Shown here in pieces: positions 40,701 through 49,537 of a stretch of DNA of 64,000 nucleotides (its first letter is position 1; each line of letters starts with the position of its first letter). Both the position numbers and the translations under genes were made by a program. Below the pieces are notes generated by a model. That model was not told where the DNA came from and did not search any database. It worked only from the letters and a program-made list of their open reading frames with translations. This DNA is from Bacteroidales bacterium (GTDB taxonomy: Bacteria > Bacteroidota > Bacteroidia > Bacteroidales > UBA1715), in assembly GCA_024402335.1 (NCBI GenBank), contig JAKSTZ010000004.1:30058-94057 (forward strand). The letters are read 5' to 3'.

Positions 40701-42930
40701 CCACAAATCCTTCATACACGTCACCCTTTTCCAAAGAAAGACTTTCCGTATTCAATGTGATGGTTTCTACTGCAGGAGCTTCACAATTATCAACAGAGAA
40801 AGTTACTTTTGATTCACCATAACAACCATTCTTGTCTTCATAAGCATACGCTACAGTGTGAGATCCTACTGATAAAGCAGAAGGTATGAAATCCTCAGCA
40901 ATAATATCATCTATAGTAAAATCACCACCAACTAAATCAGCAGTAAGAACTACTCTTGTATCCGAATTAGAACAGTACGATTTTTCAACTGCAACTACCG
41001 GTTCTGGCAAAGCATTAACCGTCAACGTTGCAGTAGCTTTTTCACTCACACAACCATTTACGATTTGTTCTACACTATACGTATATTCTTTTGCTGTTGT
41101 TACAGCAACTGCTTGAATTGACTCAGTGCCTTTTGCCACACCATTTTCATCATACCATTGAAGTGTTGCACCGGCAGCAAGGCTACCAGACATTCTCACA
41201 ATATAGTCTGCAGTTGAGTTCAAGCAAGCCTTTGTAGCATCTGTTTTTGGAGTTGCAGGTTTTGGAGCAACAGCCACTACGACAGAAGCACGTGGTCCTT
41301 CGCAGCCAGGATTTTGAGAAGCATAATACGTTCCTGCAGCAGTAGGGTTATATGTAGCACCTGTTCCAAGTTTCTTACCACCTGTTACCGCATCATACCA
41401 AACTATATTTTTACCTGTTGCTGTCAATGTTGGGAAATCCGTAGAACCTTCACAAACCGCATCAACATCAGCAATAGAAGGAGCCTCTGTTGAACAAGCA
41501 GTTACCGAAAGAGTAACAGCAACTGGTTCACTTTCACAAGATTTTTCTGTATTTGTCACATAGAATGTGTACACCTTTTCTGCAGCGGTAGAAACTGTCG
41601 GTGTAAATGTCACACCTGTTCCTAATTTTGCATTTGTTTCGCTATACCAAGTGATTGTTCCCGTACCTGTAGCAGACAATTCAGGAACTGCACCATTCAA
41701 TTCTACTGTTGCAGGAGTTGTTGTTGGAATTGCAGGAGTTGTAACAACAATATCAACGTCTTCACTTGCAGAGCACAAGTCCGTTTCAACAGTGTATGTA
41801 ATTGTACTTGATCCTTTTTCTGGAGAGAAAGAAGAGCCAACAACACCTATACCAGACCAAACACCACCAGCAGGAGTTGCTGTTAATACTTGTGCTGCAT
41901 CGCCAGCACACATTGCAGTTTTCACCGAAGCCACATCAATTACAGAAGCGTCTTCTATAGTCAATGTAACTTTTAGACGGTCGGTACTTTCGCAAGTTCC
42001 ATCATTTTTTGCAACAAAGAAAGTATATTTTCCGGCAGCAGTTTTTCCATGTTTAAAAGCATTACCAGAATACAAAGCTTCTTTTTCAGTTTCCGTAGCA
42101 TACCAAACAGCCACATCAGATTTACCTGCAAACGAAGCAGAAAGAGTTGCTGTAATATCGCTAGAGCAATAAGCAGCATCGGAAATTTCCGTTGCTGTTG
42201 GAGCAACAGCCGTACAAGCCTCTTGTACAAATGTTACCATATATTTTGTTTTTGTTCCATCTTCTGCAGTTACTGTTATTGTTGTTACAGCCTTACCATC
42301 TTTATCAAATGTTGTAGCTGCATCAACTGTTGCCTCTGCTCTAGAATCCAAAGCAGTTGCGGTATAAGCACCGGCAGCTGGCAATGTTGCGCCAAAAGGA
42401 ACCGAGATTTCATATTCAGTTATAGCAGGAGAAAAACTTGGAGTCAATGTTTGGGAAGTTATTGCCAATGACTCTAATTCACTGTTAGTATTAGGTTTAC
42501 CAATGATATAATCGAAGATTTCTCCAGCAGATTGTGTCATCAATGTACCTTTAACCGTATGATTAACCAACTTGCTAGCAGAGTTATCCCATACTTTAAA
42601 TTCAACTTCTTCTGGTTCCGAAGTTGAACCTGTCATATCAGAAGCGTCACCACCATGGATAACAGAAGACACATACAACTTTCCATCGTATGCAAAAACC
42701 TGAGCGACCATTCTACATTCGTCACCGACAAAAGCACCGATATAATCGCCTTCTTCTACCGTGATAGGGAATGTTGCATCATACTCGTTAATCTTAACTG
42801 TACCAATAAAAGCTGTAGAGCTTGTATAGTTAACACGAGTCCATGTTGGATCCGACGCAAAAATTGAAACAGAAAACAAAATAGCAAATGCTACTGAAAA
42901 TGTTTTTTTAAATATCTGCAATAACTTCAT
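37783..42930 (-). CDS. Giant (1715 aa) cell-surface adhesin-like protein with T9SS type A C-terminal sorting domain
   Basis: Signal peptide. A cadherin-like beta-sandwich segment (LESLAITSQTLTPSFSPAITEYEISV). Eight Cys-framed Ig-like modules (C...WY...G.Y.Y.V...C.S). Big_2-like segments (SSSDPKVVSVDANGKITAIGAGKATITA), FIVAR-like helices, and a Por_Secre_tail-like end (...LKAGLYYVVVSNNHKVKAKASFIKK). Confidence 0.85.
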   Translation of the reverse strand: MKLLQIFKKTFSVAFAILFSVSIFASDPTWTRVNYTSSTAFIGTVKINEYDATFPITVEEGDYIGAFVGDECRMVAQVFAYDGKLYVSSVIHGGDASDMTGSTSEPEEVEFKVWDNSASKLVNHTVKGTLMTQSAGEIFDYIIGKPNTNSELESLAITSQTLTPSFSPAITEYEISVPFGATLPAAGAYTATALDSRAEATVDAATTFDKDGKAVTTITVTAEDGTKTKYMVTFVQEACTAVAPTATEISDAAYCSSDITATLSASFAGKSDVAVWYATETEKEALYSGNAFKHGKTAAGKYTFFVAKNDGTCESTDRLKVTLTIEDASVIDVASVKTAMCAGDAAQVLTATPAGGVWSGIGVVGSSFSPEKGSSTITYTVETDLCSASEDVDIVVTTPAIPTTTPATVELNGAVPELSATGTGTITWYSETNAKLGTGVTFTPTVSTAAEKVYTFYVTNTEKSCESEPVAVTLSVTACSTEAPSIADVDAVCEGSTDFPTLTATGKNIVWYDAVTGGKKLGTGATYNPTAAGTYYASQNPGCEGPRASVVVAVAPKPATPKTDATKACLNSTADYIVRMSGSLAAGATLQWYDENGVAKGTESIQAVAVTTAKEYTYSVEQIVNGCVSEKATATLTVNALPEPVVAVEKSYCSNSDTRVVLTADLVGGDFTIDDIIAEDFIPSALSVGSHTVAYAYEDKNGCYGESKVTFSVDNCEAPAVETITLNTESLSLEKGDVYEGFVVTITPATAPTTVSWSSSDPKVVSVDANGKITAIGAGKATITATSTYTATKSVSCEISVVAPVESVAFNNTKDLMVSEGSSIDLSTMVVINPSDASVESIVWAASSPLVSVVDGVVSASDVEVNTDVTITVTVTTEDGTSKSAEVTLTIVNGCDLSAPKVANATQSLCAGSTEKVTFTATGDATASWIWEDESGKTVSSTSSFVTSTAGKYFVYQEKGGCESTKIPVTLIENAIPAKPVVANVSVCEGEKGTFSADVVSIWYSATGEELAKGNTYSPATAGTYSVKQYVDGCYSQATTVTYSINEAPEFTATDVNAMYGSTIPDLKVTTSTANTVTWYYNNASVGTGSSLSTKQTEVGTYIYYVVVSNKSTGCASEKTPVSLQISDCDLTAPVVAKDDQSMCVEATTPSFTTSAANSVTWYSDAALTKSVATTKTFTPNVAAAGTYYYYVAQKTTCQSPATKVTLHVYDLPVVSVSSVDALTTNDAPVSISASPAGGVLSGEGVTGSKFDPTVGVGVYTISYTYEDLNGCSNTATTKVTVTKGITVDRTELGQTITLANNISTMYANDNLYPSSAKIILTQAIRVAQSYYDDYLSYTQAELDKQVAALKAAMDTFLASKIDGVDLSNLQQKIQEAITTASINESKKGTSVGNIPAESFNMLQNEIAAANSVLNSNPTNQAIVNSAVSSLQNAIDAFLNSEIKNELTKVAFESDKIYLVEGQKYTPNLILNPVGATSDYTNFTWTSSNNSVAQVYGSGMIEAKQAGSTAISVSYTNNTALSDRMVVVVTKVPEILSVEMSLKGDQLYLDFAESMSAPAPTVYSELYVYGKEIPMYNVKDVSLWPLNPNRIVISLGSFIDDPNDIVIEYKGNSLSSLYGAAVPNFEYHMATTAVDDIAATSILAYPSVASSEITIAGVSEGDMIQIVASSGKTAMTLVADSENQEVSVNNLKAGLYYVVVSNNHKVKAKASFIKK

Positions 42931-43076
42931 ACCTTTTAAAATATAAGTTTGTAAAAGTAAAAAAAATCAAAATCCACTCCAAATACGTATCCTACAAAAA
43001 ATACATTCTAAGAGAAATTTCAACTCTTTACAAATACTATGACAACCGAGATGCGAAAATCCCTATTGTTTGCACC

Positions 43077-43108
43077 AACAAAAAAGGCAGGTTTTTATCG
43101 CCTGCCTT
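43077..43108 (-). terminator. Rho-independent terminator downstream of the 43264-43818 gene
   Basis: AAGGCAGG-N9-CCTGCCTT followed on the minus strand by T6. Confidence 0.65.
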
Positions 43109-43263
43109 CAATTTATTTCTATCATACACTTTCTTTGACTTATGTATCCGCTGATGTTGCAACGGATGCCCAAACATGGAAATTTCCATTTCCCTGCTTG
43201 CCTTACGATTAGCACGAAGATAATCTTCCTTCGTAATTGTTTGTTTCCGTTTCATATCAAAAA

Positions 43264-43818
43264 TTATTTCAAACTCGAATATTGATTTTGCCAATTTGGG
43301 TCCTGCATATCCTTTATCAACTTCCACATGTCTTCGCCATAGAAAAATTGGTCAAGACCGTTATAATGGTAGTTACGTTTCAAAAACGAAAGTTGTGCGT
43401 CGCTTGGCATAAAATCCTTTCCGGCCCAACCCTTTTCATTGCTGCCCTCGTATGGATATTCCGCATAACGAAGTTTCCACAAATTATCGAATGTAGAAGC
43501 AGAAATCTTTTTCTCTTCCAACAAATTCTTTTTCTCCGGATTTGCCTTAGAAACCATTTCACCCGCAACTTGATGCATAAATTGATCTTTCGACAACCAT
43601 GTGATTTTTTGTTCGCCAGTCGATTTTATTTGAATAAAGCCATAGCGGACAAAACCCATGTGGGTCGTAATCAAACTTATTCCAAAATAACCATTCACCG
43701 TCACCTTAAGTTCAGGATTGTTTTCTTTTTGGATAAAGATATTGTTATTTTGGGCATAGCCTGACGAGACAAGCAGGGCAAATAAAGCGACTAATATGTA
43801 ACGAGTTGTAGTTTTCAT
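43264..43818 (-). CDS. Secreted hypothetical protein
   Basis: Signal peptide MKTTTRYILVALFALLVSSGYAQ. No recognisable motif. The ATG at 43818 is preferred over the GTG at 43830. Confidence 0.6.
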   Translation of the reverse strand: MKTTTRYILVALFALLVSSGYAQNNNIFIQKENNPELKVTVNGYFGISLITTHMGFVRYGFIQIKSTGEQKITWLSKDQFMHQVAGEMVSKANPEKKNLLEEKKISASTFDNLWKLRYAEYPYEGSNEKGWAGKDFMPSDAQLSFLKRNYHYNGLDQFFYGEDMWKLIKDMQDPNWQNQYSSLK

Positions 43819-43886
43819 AAAATTTTGCACGAAAATATCTAAAAATCAGCGAGTAAGCAAATTTCAGGCCAAATTCCTACAAAAAT

Positions 43887-44654
43887 TTATTTCCAGCACT
43901 CTGCACAATACGATTTTTCCGTTTCTTTTTCCAACTTACCAGGAAGAGTTGAAAAGAAATCTATCCCTGTCATTTGTTCTATTGTATCGACAGGAACCAT
44001 ATATGAAGACAGCGGTTTATGTCCTGCCTGATTAGGGAAAATGAATCCTATAGTTTCTACTCCAGAATCAGTAACTCGCAAAAGCACTTTAAAGAATGCG
44101 GAAGGAACCGCTATATTTTTGGTTCCTATCACCTTAGGATTCTTATCAACCAACGGTCCACAAACCACGTAAATTGATTTATAATAGCCTGCCCAGGTTC
44201 TGATTTTTTCTTCCAAAATTCTCCAATCACCACTATTTAGATTTGGATTTTGTGGACAAATATTAGACAAATAAAAACTTTCCTGCATTGCCTGCACACT
44301 CCATTTCATATCACCTGCAGGAGCCATGTGTCCGCGGTCATAACCCGAACCAGAATAATCGGATGACATAATTTCCACTCCACTTACAAGAGGATCGGGG
44401 ATAAAATTCCCATTTCCCTTACGAGGAACGGTTCCTTGCACTTCTTCGTCGGTAAGTTCATACGCAACCCAATTCGGAATATGCCACTGCTCATTATAGC
44501 TAACCGTATAGCCAACATGTTCAATAATCTGACTCGACTTTTTTGTCTGCAATGTAGCCAAATTAGTCGGTTGCAAATTATATGTCTGTGCAACAGTTAC
44601 ATTAGAGACAACCATTACAGACAAGACAAGCAACATGCGAGTAAATATTCTCAT
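43887..44654 (-). CDS. Secreted DNA/RNA non-specific endonuclease (NucA/EndoG beta-beta-alpha-Me family)
   Basis: Active-site motif YDRGHMAPAGD, the NLNSG region, and a signal peptide from MRIFTRMLLVLSVMVVSNVTVAQ. Confidence 0.85.
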   Translation of the reverse strand: MRIFTRMLLVLSVMVVSNVTVAQTYNLQPTNLATLQTKKSSQIIEHVGYTVSYNEQWHIPNWVAYELTDEEVQGTVPRKGNGNFIPDPLVSGVEIMSSDYSGSGYDRGHMAPAGDMKWSVQAMQESFYLSNICPQNPNLNSGDWRILEEKIRTWAGYYKSIYVVCGPLVDKNPKVIGTKNIAVPSAFFKVLLRVTDSGVETIGFIFPNQAGHKPLSSYMVPVDTIEQMTGIDFFSTLPGKLEKETEKSYCAECWK

Positions 44655-44870
44655 ATCAAAAAGAGAGGACAATTTTGCTACCAAACCAATCGATAGTTTT
44701 GAATCATGTGCAACGTATAAATCTTTTTTTCGTGTAAACATAGCTTGGGGTTTTGTACAAAAATAACGTTTTCGTCTATAATTAACAACGAGCCACAGAT
44801 ATTTTTCCGCTTGTTCTGTGTAAATCCATGGTTAATTTATATCTTTACCATAAAATTAAAATTACTCGTT

Positions 44871-46100
44871 ATGAAGAAACTTATTATTTTGGGATTAGGC
44901 CTACTTTCTCTTGCTACTTTAGTAACAGGATGTGGCGGCAAAGACGACAGCAAGCCAGTATTTACTATTGTGTTTGACGGCCAAGGGAAAGTCGAGAATG
45001 ACACTATCTTTGCTGAAGGGAAAGTTACAATTGCCGAACCAACTGAACCAAAAACTGACTATTTCAACTTTGCTGGTTGGTACAAAGAAAAAGAATGTAT
45101 TAATCAGTGGAATTTCAATACTGAAAAAGTGGATGAGCCAATTACACTTTACGCAAAATGGGTTAACATAGGAAACTTTACAGTTACATTCGACACAAAA
45201 GGCCGTGGCGAAGCTCCGGAAAGCATTACAGTAGAATGTGGTTCAAAAATCGAAAAACCTGAAAACCCTACCGACGAAGATTTTTATTTATATGGTTGGT
45301 ACAAAGACGCTAACTACATGACAGAATGGAATTTCGAAAATGATAGAATAACAGAAAATACAACTTTGTATGCTCGTTGGAAATCAAAAATCAGTGGTTA
45401 CAAATACTACGGAGCAGAATTATATTCTAAACAATCATTCATGTACGGCCGTTACGAAGCAAGAATGAAGATGGCGTTTGCACCAGGTTGCATCAGTTCT
45501 ATGTTTTTGTACTACAACAACTCTGACACATACAACGACACACTTTGGAACGAAATTGATATTGAAGTTATAGGAAAAGACTCAACTAAATTCCAGTCAA
45601 ACATAATTACAGGAAAGAAAAACGCACAGATCACAACTGAGCAAATGCACACAAGCACAGATAAGCCATACAATACAGACTATCATACATTTGTGATAGA
45701 ATGGACTCCTGAATATATTTCATGGTCGGTTGATGGTGTTGAAATGAGAAGAACCGATGCTACTAACGATGTAAAAGATCAACTAAAAACTATGATTCGT
45801 ACCGAAAGCCTACGTTTCAACTTATGGTCAAGTCAATCAACGAGTTGGGTTGGAAAGTTTGACAACAAAAGATTACCAATCGCTCAGTACATTGATTACA
45901 TAAAAGTATCAAAATACGATACTGAAACTAAGGAATTCACAGAACTTTGGACAGACGATTTCGACACATTCAATTCTACTCGCTGGGGAAAAGGAAACTG
46001 GACTATAGGACAAGTTACTCTAAATCCAACAAATGTTACTGTCGAAGAAGGCAATTTAGTTCTACGATTAACTAAAGAACCTATTTACGCTAAATATTAA
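44871..46100 (+). CDS. Lipoprotein: two Listeria-Bacteroides (Flg_new) repeats plus a glycoside hydrolase family 16 domain
   Basis: Lipobox LATLVTGC. Repeats FAGWYKEKEC...ITLYAKW and LYGWYKDANY...TTLYARW. GH16 catalytic motif NEIDIEV (ExDxxE). Confidence 0.85.
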   Translation: MKKLIILGLGLLSLATLVTGCGGKDDSKPVFTIVFDGQGKVENDTIFAEGKVTIAEPTEPKTDYFNFAGWYKEKECINQWNFNTEKVDEPITLYAKWVNIGNFTVTFDTKGRGEAPESITVECGSKIEKPENPTDEDFYLYGWYKDANYMTEWNFENDRITENTTLYARWKSKISGYKYYGAELYSKQSFMYGRYEARMKMAFAPGCISSMFLYYNNSDTYNDTLWNEIDIEVIGKDSTKFQSNIITGKKNAQITTEQMHTSTDKPYNTDYHTFVIEWTPEYISWSVDGVEMRRTDATNDVKDQLKTMIRTESLRFNLWSSQSTSWVGKFDNKRLPIAQYIDYIKVSKYDTETKEFTELWTDDFDTFNSTRWGKGNWTIGQVTLNPTNVTVEEGNLVLRLTKEPIYAKY

Positions 46101-46120
46101 AACAAGAACAAATAAAAAGA

Positions 46121-46156
46121 AACGGGGCAGATTGTAAAGTCTGTCCCGTTTTTTTT
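46121..46156. terminator. Bidirectional terminator between the GH16 gene and the nucleotidyltransferase gene
   Basis: AACGGGGCAG-N10-CTGTCCCGTT (one G-U pair) followed by T8. Confidence 0.7.
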
Positions 46157-46856
46157 AGAATTCCACCTGTGCTCTCATATAGTCTTCAGGCACACCAATA
46201 TCTATAAAATAGCCATCGGAAACATACGCATAAAACGGTTGCGAAGCATACATTTTTTCCATAATGTCTTTTTCAAAGGAAAACTTCTGACCAACAGAAA
46301 ACTTAGAGAACAATTGTTTGTTCAATAAATATATTCCACCATTGATCGTTCCTATTCCTGAAGCATTCTTTTTTTCGACAAAGCCAATAATTTTTCCATT
46401 TTCATCAATAGACACACGTCCATAACGAGAAGTATCTTCAACTGTTCTAAGAATAATGGAAAGCATGGTTTCTTTTTGAGCAAACAAATTCTCCAATGCA
46501 TGGAAATCAACACGAAACAAGGTGTCACCATTAAGAACAACCACATTTTCGGTATGACATTGCTGTAATGCGTTAAGAATTCCGCCCCCAGTTCCAAGAG
46601 GAGAATCTTCATAAGCGTATGAAATTTTCATTCCACTATAAGAACCACCAAAATATGATTCAATTTTTTCGTGCAAATAACCAGTAGAAAGCACAACATG
46701 TGTGAATCCAAAACCTTGCAAATAGTCCAATAAATAAGTAAGAAATGGTTTTCCTTTTACCGGAGCCATAGGTTTGGGCACATCGTTTACCACACTTTGT
46801 AAACGTGTACCAAATCCACCTGCCAATACAATAGCCTCTTTCTCTATATTGACCAT
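46155..46856 (-). CDS. Sugar-1-phosphate nucleotidyltransferase (HddC-like)
   Basis: N-terminal AIVLAGGFGTRL signature of NTP_transferase. It overlaps the upstream kinase gene by 13 nt. Confidence 0.85.
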   Translation of the reverse strand: MVNIEKEAIVLAGGFGTRLQSVVNDVPKPMAPVKGKPFLTYLLDYLQGFGFTHVVLSTGYLHEKIESYFGGSYSGMKISYAYEDSPLGTGGGILNALQQCHTENVVVLNGDTLFRVDFHALENLFAQKETMLSIILRTVEDTSRYGRVSIDENGKIIGFVEKKNASGIGTINGGIYLLNKQLFSKFSVGQKFSFEKDIMEKMYASQPFYAYVSDGYFIDIGVPEDYMRAQVEF

Positions 46857-47863
46857 GTTTTTAAACCTTCAGTTGTAAATTCATATCGTTTCACCTGGCC
46901 GCCAAATCGTTCCAAAGCTTCAACAACAGCATAACGCTCATTTTCAGGACAATAGAAAAACATAAATCCGCCACCGCCTGCTCCAGATATTTTACCTCCC
47001 GTTGCGCCAGCATTCATTGCTGCAGAATACAAATCATCTATACGCTGATTCGTAATACTTTTGGCCATTTGTTTTTTATGTTGCCAGCCAAAGTCAAGTA
47101 TTCTACCTACCGCATCGATATCGCCTTTTAGCAAAACTTCCTTCATAAGAATTGCCTGTTCTTTCACTTTGTGCATAGACTCCACCGAGGTCGTTTTTTT
47201 TGCCGCAACATTCTGTTGTTGTTCCTTAATAATATCGGCAGAAACATGGCTTGTACCAGTATAATACAAAACAAGATTATGATTCAACTCATCAATATTA
47301 CGCTGACGAATGCGAAGAGGATTTACGATTACATTGTTTTCTTTGAATTCCATAAAATTAAATCCACCGAATGTAGCAGCATACTGGTCTTGTTTTCCGC
47401 CTGCAAGGCCTAAATCTATACGTTCTATTTCGTAAGCTAACTGAGCAATATCGTATTCTCCTAAAGGAAGTTTCAACCATTCTACAAAAGCGCCCAAAAT
47501 ACTCACCACCAATGTAGATGAAGTACCTAAGCCAGAACCGGCAGGCACATCAACATACGAAGATATACGAAAAGACAAAGGTTTATGAGTAAATTGTTTT
47601 ACTATTCTATTGTACACACCTTTATGTAGAATAAAATATCCGTCGGTATCTGTTTCCATTGCCTGAATATATTCTTCACGTAAATGTTTTTCTTGCGATT
47701 CAAACACAACTTTTCCATCATCGGTGGGAATAATTGTGGTGTGTGCATACATATTTATCGTCGCATTTAGAATTGCGCCACCATAAATATCGGAATATGG
47801 AGAAACATCGGAACCGCCACCCGCAAGTCCTAAACGTAATGGTGCTTTACTTCTTATTATCAT
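46844..47863 (-). CDS. GHMP-family sugar kinase (HddA / fucokinase-like)
   Basis: IRSKAPLRLGLAGGGSD, the GHMP motif PAGSGLGTSS, and C-terminal GKISGAGGGGF. Confidence 0.85.
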   Translation of the reverse strand: MIIRSKAPLRLGLAGGGSDVSPYSDIYGGAILNATINMYAHTTIIPTDDGKVVFESQEKHLREEYIQAMETDTDGYFILHKGVYNRIVKQFTHKPLSFRISSYVDVPAGSGLGTSSTLVVSILGAFVEWLKLPLGEYDIAQLAYEIERIDLGLAGGKQDQYAATFGGFNFMEFKENNVIVNPLRIRQRNIDELNHNLVLYYTGTSHVSADIIKEQQQNVAAKKTTSVESMHKVKEQAILMKEVLLKGDIDAVGRILDFGWQHKKQMAKSITNQRIDDLYSAAMNAGATGGKISGAGGGGFMFFYCPENERYAVVEALERFGGQVKRYEFTTEGLKTWSI

Positions 47864-48998
47864 CTAAATCAATTTCTTGCATTAATTCATACAATGCATT
47901 TGTCATATTTGACCATGCATATTTTTGTTTTTCTATCTTGATATTCTCAATAAATTCTTGTTCTTTTTCGTCCGTATAAAATTTCGCCAACGCATCAGCA
48001 ACTTGTTTCGCTTCTGGTTCTACAACATAACCTATCTTTCCATTAGGAACAATTTCCGCCAATCCGCCTACATTAGTAACAAGCATAGGTTTTTCGAAAT
48101 GAAAAGCAATTTGCGTCACCCCACTCTGCGTTGCCGTTTTATATGGTTGAGCAACGATATCACAAGCACTAAAGTACAGATTCACTTCACTATCAGGGAT
48201 AAAATCGGTACACAATTTCACTTGATCGGCAATACCCAACGAGTCAATTAAATTTAAATACTTTTCTGAATTACTATAAAATTCACCTGCAACTATCAGC
48301 GTAATTTTCTCATCCCGTAGTTTCTGATCAGCCATTGCTTCCAACAAAATATCAAGCCCTTTATAGTCACGAATAAATCCGAAGAAAAGCACATATTTTC
48401 CGTCAACAGGGAGTTGTAATTTTTCTCGAGCAGTCTTTTTATCTAAAAGCGTTCCATAATGGTCATACAATGGATGTGGACAAAACTTACGAGGCTTCTT
48501 CTCATCAAAAAGAGACAAATCAGCAAGAACAGACTTCGACATCGCCACAAAACCTTGCGTTACATTTACAAAATATTTTGAGAAGATTTTATCGCCTATT
48601 CTATGTTCATGCGGAATAATATTATCTAAAATTGACAAAATCTTAGTATGTCCATTACAAGCAACCATTCGAGCAATAGAACCAAAACAAGGAGACATGA
48701 ACGGCAACCAATACTTCGTAATTAACATATCTGGTTTGTTCTTTTGCAACTCCCTACCAACCGAAAACCAATTAAATGGATTACAAGAATTAACTCTGCG
48801 TTTTATGTTCAAATGAGCAGGAGCAGGTTCCGAGCTATATTGTGTTTTGCCAGGAAACAACAATGATGGATATTGAAGAGTAAATGTATATATCTCCACT
48901 TCGTGGCCTTCGTTCTGTAGTTCTGTAGCAAGTCGTTCGTTAAAAGCGGACAAGCCACCACGATACGGATATGCGGTACCCAAAATCACTATTCTCAT
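47847..48998 (-). CDS. Glycosyltransferase family 4 (GT-B)
   Basis: 383 aa with a C-terminal E-x7-E-like region (ATQSGVTQIAFHFEKPMLVTNVGGLAEIV). Confidence 0.85.
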   Translation of the reverse strand: MRIVILGTAYPYRGGLSAFNERLATELQNEGHEVEIYTFTLQYPSLLFPGKTQYSSEPAPAHLNIKRRVNSCNPFNWFSVGRELQKNKPDMLITKYWLPFMSPCFGSIARMVACNGHTKILSILDNIIPHEHRIGDKIFSKYFVNVTQGFVAMSKSVLADLSLFDEKKPRKFCPHPLYDHYGTLLDKKTAREKLQLPVDGKYVLFFGFIRDYKGLDILLEAMADQKLRDEKITLIVAGEFYSNSEKYLNLIDSLGIADQVKLCTDFIPDSEVNLYFSACDIVAQPYKTATQSGVTQIAFHFEKPMLVTNVGGLAEIVPNGKIGYVVEPEAKQVADALAKFYTDEKEQEFIENIKIEKQKYAWSNMTNALYELMQEIDLDDNKK

Positions 48999-49537
48999 TT
49001 TGTTTCCTCCTTTTTCCTTGTATTCATACTAAACTCACACGCACAATAACATTGACGATACAAATCCAGTTCTTTACTTAATTCTATGCTACGTTTATAA
49101 CCATCTTTTTTCTTAAAATCGTAGTGCGTATATGTTGTATATTGTTCACCAAATTCTTTTATTACCGCCGAATTCTTATGAGGACTTATTGTCAATGTTG
49201 TAGCAAAATGTTCAAAACCAAGTTCTTCAGTTTTCTTGGCTGTGGCAGCAAGCAATGTTTTGAAACAAGAATGGCAACGAATACCACCTTCTTTTTCTGC
49301 TTCAAGTCCTTTTACTTGTTCACGCCAGAAATCATGTTCATATTCACCGACAAGCAATTGAACACCAAAATGTTGTGCTAATTTCTCAATATAGAATTTT
49401 CGTTTTTCCCACTCTTCAAGAGGATAGATATTTGGCATATAATAATACAAAGTAACCCGCCAATCTTCCGAAAGAAGACGTTCTACCGAAGCCGATCCAC
49501 ACGGTGCACAACAAATATGAAGTAAGATATCTTTCAT
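48995..49537 (-). CDS. queH: Epoxyqueuosine reductase QueH (DUF208)
   Basis: 180 aa with LLHICCAPCGS and later Cys motifs (CHSCF, CYCACEF) typical of QueH. Confidence 0.8.
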   Translation of the reverse strand: MKDILLHICCAPCGSASVERLLSEDWRVTLYYYMPNIYPLEEWEKRKFYIEKLAQHFGVQLLVGEYEHDFWREQVKGLEAEKEGGIRCHSCFKTLLAATAKKTEELGFEHFATTLTISPHKNSAVIKEFGEQYTTYTHYDFKKKDGYKRSIELSKELDLYRQCYCACEFSMNTRKKEETK

